A DNA stretch of 20,273 nucleotides from Bacteriovoracia bacterium (GTDB taxonomy: Bacteria > Bdellovibrionota > Bacteriovoracia > Bacteriovoracales > Bacteriovoracaceae), in contig JBKHVI010000047.1 in NCBI GenBank assembly GCA_046570105.1, positions 1 through 20,273 on the forward strand, read 5' to 3'. The first letter of the stretch is position 1. Every line of letters begins with the position of its first letter. The notes below the pieces were generated by a model. The model saw only the letters and a program-made list of their open reading frames with translations, did not search any database and was not told the origin of the DNA. Below, piece after piece: positions 14,766 to 20,273 of this stretch. Position numbers and translations under genes: made by a program.

Positions 14766-15695
14766 TCAGCTAGTCGTCTTAATCAATGACACGCATATTT
14801 CTTTGCTGGCAAGCAGCCCCTCCAGCTCAGCGGTCGATAGAGCTTGGATGGCCTGGACGACATGTTGGAAAGTTTTTTGGGAAGTCGAAAATCTATCCTC
14901 TGCCGATAAAGGTAGGTTCAAGATATTTACAAACTCCCGCCAGAACTTTTCTTCCACGGCAGCAACGGCGAGCCAATCGCCGTCCTTGTTGCGGTACAGA
15001 GCGTAGCACGGGTAGGCGCCATTATGTAAGAACTTAGTCTGCTTTTGGCCACGAAGATTGGACGACCACAAGGGCCCCATGACCTTAATAATTTCATCGT
15101 AGAGATAAACTTTAGAAATTATGGGTTTCTTTTCCTGTTGTGCTTGGCGGTGAAAGGCTAATGCGGTGAGTGCGATTTGCTGCCCAAAACTAATTCCGGC
15201 GACCGGTAAAAAGGGGGGAGCGAGTGGAGAGGGCGAATTATCAGTAACATGAAGTTGTAAAAAACCCGCCTCGGCGAGAGCATTCAGATCATGCATGGAG
15301 CCCTGATTATCTTTTGAGGCGCCAACTTCTAAGACAACAAGGGCCCGATTTATTTGCTTAAGGCCGGCGTGATCGAGCCCAAGCTTAATTGCTAATTTCT
15401 GAGGCATCCCCGTGAGGATAATGTCCGCATCACTCATGAGCTGAGAAATTTGCGATTTTATATCGCTGGCATCAAAGTTGAGACGAGTGAGTTTCTTTTC
15501 TTTATTCAGCTCATGGTACCAGTCTTGAAAGTTTCCTATGAGACCGGTTTGTTCGGTCTGCAAGAATGCATCTTGGTACTTTTGATCCTCAACCTTAATA
15601 ACATCGGCCCCTAAGAGCGCTAAGAGATGTCCACCCAAGGGACCTGGAAGTCTTTGCGTGAAGTCGAGAACCTTGAGTCCAGAAAGTGGTTTCAC
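14766..15695 (-). CDS. Family III CoA-transferase (CaiB/BaiF; AMACR-like), short
   Basis: PLSGLKVLDFT..LPGP...LGADVIKVE, HDLN (catalytic Asp region), GAYPCY..Y...DG.W.AVAA.E.KFW. Only 309 aa. Confidence 0.85.
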   Translation of the reverse strand: MKPLSGLKVLDFTQRLPGPLGGHLLALLGADVIKVEDQKYQDAFLQTEQTGLIGNFQDWYHELNKEKKLTRLNFDASDIKSQISQLMSDADIILTGMPQKLAIKLGLDHAGLKQINRALVVLEVGASKDNQGSMHDLNALAEAGFLQLHVTDNSPSPLAPPFLPVAGISFGQQIALTALAFHRQAQQEKKPIISKVYLYDEIIKVMGPLWSSNLRGQKQTKFLHNGAYPCYALYRNKDGDWLAVAAVEEKFWREFVNILNLPLSAEDRFSTSQKTFQHVVQAIQALSTAELEGLLASKEICVSLIKTTS

Positions 15696-17713
15696 TGCAC
15701 TTCGGCTTCTGTGTTGCTGAAAGTTTCCAAAAGACTCATGAGTCCTTTGCCTTCTTTTTCACACTCAGTACGGTTACAAACTTGCCATTGCTCGTCTTCG
15801 CGGTCGTGATAATTAAGCACGAAGCGACCGAGGAAATGTGAACGCAGACGCTGGAATTCTTCATCATTGACCCATGGGCGAGGTACTTCGATCTTGCGAT
15901 AGATCTCTAATGGATAGGTAAAGGCCCGCAAAGATTCTCCGTGAGAGACTGGGTTTGAAAGTGCTAATTGAATCCAGTTTTTCCAAGTGTCGCCCCAGTA
16001 TTCTTGCGGATGATATTCCGGATAAAGCACTGAGAGTCGAGTTGAAACCAGCAAAAGCGTTCCAAGGGCCGAGCGATACGATTGATCGTTCAGTGGAGCA
16101 CGCATAAATTCACCGTGGGCCAGTGCCGTGAGCGATGGTGTTTTTCCTTGGAAGAATTCTCGACGCAAGAAATCCATCGTTTCTTTGGCGTTACTCAAAA
16201 ACACATCAGTGCTGGTGACTTCATAAAGACGTAATTGGCTTTCACAGAACTGAACATAGTCTTCTAGATAGAGCGGAGTTTTGTCAGTCGTCGTCGTGTG
16301 ACGAAGAACGTGACGCCCTTGTTTATCGACAGCAATAAATGTCTGCGACACACCTTCAATAACTTTATGGAGGAGTTTCAGTGCCGCTTGAGTGATCGCT
16401 GGCACGCGACTGTATTGGATCACGTCACAGAGAGCTGACAGCAGCATAAAGTTCCAGCTGGCGATTCCTTTGCGATCAGTTGCCGGTGGAATGCGCTGCT
16501 TACGCTCTTCAAGCAGAGCATGACGAATCTTACGAACCACTTCCCAACCTTCTGGTGAGTAGTAATCGTTTTTAAATTCGGGGTTAAGTGAAACCACCGA
16601 GAGGCCTTGTTCAAAATTGCCTTTCTCTGTCATGCGGAACCAGTCGGCCCACTCAGGTTTAAACTCACCGAGCTCGCCATTTTCTCTTAAGCAGTTCTCA
16701 AATTCTTCTTTGGTGAAGGTAAAGTAGAGGCCTTCTTGTCCTTCTGAGTCCGCATCTTGTGCGGTCATAAAGAACTCTTGTTCAGAAACCATCTCTGAAT
16801 CGAGATACTCAATCGTTTGTAAAATACCATCAAACAGTAAAGGTGATGGATAGAATGGAGTGACTTTAGCGAGAACTTTTAACAATCCTGCTTGATCATA
16901 AAGCATTTTTTCAAAATGAGGGACGACCCAGCCGGCATCTGTTGAATAGCGATGAATGCCGCCTTTCAGATGGTCATAGAGTCCGCCCATCATCATTTTT
17001 TCAACGGTGTCGACCACATGTTGTCCCAGTTCTTGAGGAATCATCCCTTCAAGAATCTGTTCACTGGCCCACTCTAAAAAAGCAAAGTGAGGAAACTTAG
17101 GCGCTTGTCCGTAACCACCGTTGGTTTTGTCAGCGTAGTTACTAAGCGCATTCATGATCGCCGAGGGACTTGGGAAGTGACCTTCAAATTCAACTTTTTT
17201 CTCAAGCTTAGGGTCTTTGGCAATTTCAGCGAGGAGTGTTTGACCCTGTTCTTCAATTTGTGAGCGAGTGTCTTTAAATACACTGCCGAGATGTTGCACA
17301 ACTTCGATAAATGAAGGAACCCCTTGGCGAGCGACTTTAGGGAAGTAGGTTCCGACAAAATAGGGGTTAAGTTTAGGCGTTAAAAAGACGCTCAAAGGCC
17401 AGCCGCCTCTGCCTGTCGCTGCAGCAGCTACTGATTGATAAAGATGATCGAGGTGAGGGTGCTCCTCACGATCGATTTTAATACAGACGAATTTTTCATT
17501 GAGGAGATCGGCAGTGGTCTTATCTTCGAACGATTCATGGGCCATCACGTGACACCAATGGCAGGTAGAGTAGCCAATCGACAGAAAGATGGGGCGGTCG
17601 AGCTCTCTAGCAAGATTAAGGGCTTCTTGCGAGTAAGGCATCCAGTGGATTGGATTTTCAGCATGTTGGAGGAGGTAAGCTGACTTCTCCAAAGATAATT
17701 TATTTTGCGACAT
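15692..17713 (-). CDS. YyaL/SPATA20-like thioredoxin-domain protein (DUF255 plus six-hairpin domain)
   Basis: NKL..EKS.YLLQHA.NPI.W, SIGYSTCHWCHVMAHESFED, DREE.P, GGWPL, APKFP, HFEKMLYDQ, DADSEG.EG and LEDY. Confidence 0.95.
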   Translation of the reverse strand: MSQNKLSLEKSAYLLQHAENPIHWMPYSQEALNLARELDRPIFLSIGYSTCHWCHVMAHESFEDKTTADLLNEKFVCIKIDREEHPHLDHLYQSVAAAATGRGGWPLSVFLTPKLNPYFVGTYFPKVARQGVPSFIEVVQHLGSVFKDTRSQIEEQGQTLLAEIAKDPKLEKKVEFEGHFPSPSAIMNALSNYADKTNGGYGQAPKFPHFAFLEWASEQILEGMIPQELGQHVVDTVEKMMMGGLYDHLKGGIHRYSTDAGWVVPHFEKMLYDQAGLLKVLAKVTPFYPSPLLFDGILQTIEYLDSEMVSEQEFFMTAQDADSEGQEGLYFTFTKEEFENCLRENGELGEFKPEWADWFRMTEKGNFEQGLSVVSLNPEFKNDYYSPEGWEVVRKIRHALLEERKQRIPPATDRKGIASWNFMLLSALCDVIQYSRVPAITQAALKLLHKVIEGVSQTFIAVDKQGRHVLRHTTTTDKTPLYLEDYVQFCESQLRLYEVTSTDVFLSNAKETMDFLRREFFQGKTPSLTALAHGEFMRAPLNDQSYRSALGTLLLVSTRLSVLYPEYHPQEYWGDTWKNWIQLALSNPVSHGESLRAFTYPLEIYRKIEVPRPWVNDEEFQRLRSHFLGRFVLNYHDREDEQWQVCNRTECEKEGKGLMSLLETFSNTEAEVQ

Positions 17714-17841
17714 AATTCCTCGAATTTCCGTCAGAAGTGGCCTGGTGTTATCGTAGTTTTTACACCTTATCGTGGGAGAGGGAAGCTCCCTTGGTCAAGG
17801 GAATTTGCCATTTAAGAGACCCCTAAGGTAGAGGTTTAAGG

Positions 17842-18666
17842 ATGATGGACACCCAAAGCGAAGACGTTACTGATGTCACCCCTGACATCCGACCGGCCAA
17901 GCGCTGGCGTATATGGAAGGCCATTTCTGGTCTTAAGGTGCCGGTCTTTTCGCTGATGCTCTTCGGGCTCTTCACAATTAAATCGTTCTACCCTGATATA
18001 TTCACTGGAAAGCGCCATAAGTCGTACCGCTTCCGTGCTGACGCTCTGGGTTTTTTCGTGGGGGATTTGAGCCTTTTTAATTCAAGTACCGCCCAAGAAG
18101 CCGAGACACGCATCGTCAATGTTTTCCCGGAAAAGCTTCGCCCCAAGGTCGCTCAGGTTATAACGCCGGTTTTGTCTTTGTGTGAAAAGCATGGTGTTGA
18201 TCCGTTCTGGGTTCTATCAGTCATGTGGACCGAGAGTAATTTTCGCTTCCAGGTGACCAGTATCAAAGGTGCTACCGGTCTTATGCAGGTGATGCCTGAT
18301 ACTTATAATCATTTGATTGGCGTTATGAAGACTCAAGGTGTGGTGCTTGAGGCCGATCAAGGAGAAGCCTATTTAGCGAAAACCTATCCCGAAGCTTATA
18401 AGAAGATGGGCTTTGATTTGTTGGCCAGTAAAATGCGAAATTTAGAGGTGGGGATTTTCTATCTCAACACTCTCTTGAAAGAATTTGATAGCAACCATTT
18501 CCACGCGACCGTCGCTTACAACATGGGACCGCACTGGACAAAAGAGCGCTTGAAAAACAATTTGCCAGTTGGGAAAAAGAATCATTATTTGCAAAAAGTC
18601 ATGCAAGCCTATTTGCACATTACTAAAAATCTCAGTCACAATGCCAATGTCTCATTCATCCCATAA
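17842..18666 (+). CDS. Membrane-anchored lytic transglycosylase (SLT domain)
   Basis: Motif I WTESNF (catalytic Glu), motif II GATGLMQVMP, motif III AYNMGP and Y..KV. An N-terminal hydrophobic segment VPVFSLMLFGLFTI. The start may be 17842 or 17845. Confidence 0.9.
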   Translation: MMDTQSEDVTDVTPDIRPAKRWRIWKAISGLKVPVFSLMLFGLFTIKSFYPDIFTGKRHKSYRFRADALGFFVGDLSLFNSSTAQEAETRIVNVFPEKLRPKVAQVITPVLSLCEKHGVDPFWVLSVMWTESNFRFQVTSIKGATGLMQVMPDTYNHLIGVMKTQGVVLEADQGEAYLAKTYPEAYKKMGFDLLASKMRNLEVGIFYLNTLLKEFDSNHFHATVAYNMGPHWTKERLKNNLPVGKKNHYLQKVMQAYLHITKNLSHNANVSFIP

Positions 18667-19066
18667 GTTGAGTGAGCTGCGAGCGAATCTCACTGAGATT
18701 AATCAAAAGCTATTAACTACGATTAAAGAACGACGCGCCTTAGTACACGAGATCCAACAGTGCAAAGAGTCCACCCAAAATCCTTTTTCGTCTTATGATT
18801 CAGCGCGCGAAAGTGAGTTGTTTGCTCGTATGCGCCATGACCTGTTGGAGTTAAGTGACAGTGAGCTCCTGGCCTTTTCAATACTGATGGAAGCTCAAGC
18901 AGGGGCACCCGAACGCTACCCAGCTTGGTCAAGCGGAGTGCATTTATTAGAAGCACCCCAATCAGTTATGCACCAATTAAATCCTCTCCTGGTTAAGTTG
19001 CTCTCACCAACAAGTTTCGACGCACTGAAATTAACCACTCATTTTAGTTTTTTGCGCTCGATCTGA
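18647..19066 (+). CDS. Chorismate mutase (AroQ)-like domain protein with an unrecognised C-terminal extension
   Basis: LSELR..L.EIN.KLL..I.ERR.L...I...K......YD..RE..LF matches the AroQ pattern. The start is ATG 18647 or 18641; the ORF-track start at 18569 overlaps the SLT gene too deeply. Confidence 0.65.
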   Translation: MSHSSHKLSELRANLTEINQKLLTTIKERRALVHEIQQCKESTQNPFSSYDSARESELFARMRHDLLELSDSELLAFSILMEAQAGAPERYPAWSSGVHLLEAPQSVMHQLNPLLVKLLSPTSFDALKLTTHFSFLRSI

Positions 19067-19096
19067 TTGCCGCCCGGCCTGGGCCTGGCCTATCAT
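19067..19096 (+). promoter_or_regulatory. possible sigma70-type promoter for cmk-rfaE
   Basis: TTGCCG (19067-19072), 18 bp, TATCAT (19091-19096). The -10 hexamer is the same as in the promoter at 65-93. Confidence 0.5.
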
Positions 19097-19121
19097 AAGC
19101 ACCTGATTCTCAAAGGTGTTT

Positions 19122-19826
19122 ATGGCAATAAAAGATCCTGTGATCGCTTTAGATGGACCGTCAGGTTCGGGCAAGTCGACTGTCGCCAAATTAGTGGCCG
19201 AACAGTTGAAGCTTACTTACATCGACACAGGGGCGATGTTTCGTTCGGTGGCTTTTGCTCTTCAACACTTGGGAATTGATTTTTCTGCTGAGAAACTAAC
19301 CTCAGAGCAAGTAAAACAAATTCAGGCTTTTTTCCATGATCATCGTTTTGCTTACGATGTGGCACCCGGTGTTTTAGTGGAACTCGATAATCTCAACCTC
19401 ACTAATAGTATCCGTGAACATCACGTATCGCGCTTGGCTTCGCATGTTTCAAAACATGCCGTCATTCGCGATTTTCTCAAACAGTGGCAACACGATATCG
19501 TTAAAGATCGCTCAGCGATTTTAGATGGCAGAGATATTGGCACGGTGATTTTTCCTAATGCACTCTTGAAGTGTTATCTCACTGCTTCTCCCGATGAGCG
19601 CGCCCAAAGACGTCTCGAAGAGTTACAGGCTCGCGGAGAAGAAGCGCTCGATTTTCAAACAGTCCTGTCTGATATCAAAGAGCGTGATCATCAAGATATG
19701 AATCGCGCCATTGCTCCGCTTAAAAAAGCGGCTGATGCAGTTGAGATTGATACAACTAATAAATCCATCCCCCAAATCGTCGAAGCCATAGTGCTTGAAT
19801 GGCAAAAGCGTCGAGGAGAAAAATGA
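19122..19826 (+). CDS. cmk: Cytidylate kinase
   Basis: IALDGPSGSGKST, IDTGAMFR, DGRDIGTVIFP, RA.RR and RD..D..R..APL. ATG 19122 follows AAAGGTG. Confidence 0.97.
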   Translation: MAIKDPVIALDGPSGSGKSTVAKLVAEQLKLTYIDTGAMFRSVAFALQHLGIDFSAEKLTSEQVKQIQAFFHDHRFAYDVAPGVLVELDNLNLTNSIREHHVSRLASHVSKHAVIRDFLKQWQHDIVKDRSAILDGRDIGTVIFPNALLKCYLTASPDERAQRRLEELQARGEEALDFQTVLSDIKERDHQDMNRAIAPLKKAADAVEIDTTNKSIPQIVEAIVLEWQKRRGEK

Positions 19827-20273
19827 AACCTAGTGAGACACGCTTCCAAGAGATTCTTGGAAAATTTAAAACCCTGAATTCCGTCTTTGTCTTAGGTGAC
19901 ATTGGCATTGATAAATACACTCACGGTGACGTCAAAAGAATTTCACCTGAAGCACCTGTGCCTGTTTTGGAAGTAACCAAAGAATGGAACAAGCTTGGTT
20001 TAGCGGCCAACGTCTCCGACAACCTTAAAAGTTTAACTGTCGCTTCGACTTTAGGCGGCGTCGTCGGAGAAGATACCCGCGCCAATTTACTTGAGACTCT
20101 GTTAGAAGAGCGCGGACTCAAAACTTGGGGACTGGTTCGTGATAGCAGTCGCATGACCACTTACAAAGAACGTGTCACGACCGCTTCTCAGCAAATTTGT
20201 CGTGTGGATTACGAAAGTCGCCATCCTCTGAATGAAGAAGTTTTAGCAAAATTCAAAACTCGCTGCGCAGAAT
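19823..20273 (+). CDS. rfaE: D-glycero-beta-D-manno-heptose-7-phosphate kinase (RfaE/HldE kinase domain, PfkB family), partial; runs off the window
   Basis: Absent from the ORF track. ATG 19823 overlaps the cmk stop (ATGA) and translates MKPSETRFQEILGKFKTLNSVFVLGDIGIDKYTHGDVKRISPEAPVPVLEV...LGLAANVSDNL...GVVGED...RMTTYKERV...QQICRVDYE. Confidence 0.93.
   Translation, partial: MKPSETRFQEILGKFKTLNSVFVLGDIGIDKYTHGDVKRISPEAPVPVLEVTKEWNKLGLAANVSDNLKSLTVASTLGGVVGEDTRANLLETLLEERGLKTWGLVRDSSRMTTYKERVTTASQQICRVDYESRHPLNEEVLAKFKTRCAE

Noticed and set aside
18569..18646. Extended N-terminus of the chorismate-mutase-like ORF given in the ORF track
   Set aside because: It starts at TTG deep inside the SLT gene; ATG 18641 or 18647 fits the domain start.

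Overview
A gene-dense bacterial chromosomal segment with no rRNA, tRNA, CRISPR array or mobile element that I can see. The content suggests a predatory Bdellovibrionota (Bacteriovoracia-like) genome; this is inference from the many signal-peptide, Cys-rich orphan proteins, secreted papain-type peptidases and sigma28/sigma54-like promoters, not from a search. The right third is housekeeping: slyD, a family III CoA-transferase, a YyaL/SPATA20-like protein, a lytic transglycosylase, a chorismate-mutase-like protein, cmk and the start of an RfaE/HldE heptose kinase. The left two-thirds is mostly exported proteins. The strongest novelty candidate is a pair of distant, oppositely oriented large secreted proteins (2883-4892 + and 9029-11416 -). 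They share several sequence blocks, a C-terminal EI[DN]S..F..[IL][ST]NRY motif, hydrophobic segments flanked by charged helices, and an identical 12-bp upstream DNA motif. Between them lie a thioesterase, a DUF333-like protein coupled to a papain-like protease with a very large insertion, and a secreted Pro/Gly/Asn/Arg/Tyr-rich repeat protein. Other notable items are a 2H-phosphoesterase-like protein lacking both catalytic HxT motifs, a permuted NlpC/P60 amidase coupled to an Ala-Glu epimerase, and a sigma54 promoter positioned to give a nearly leaderless mRNA.
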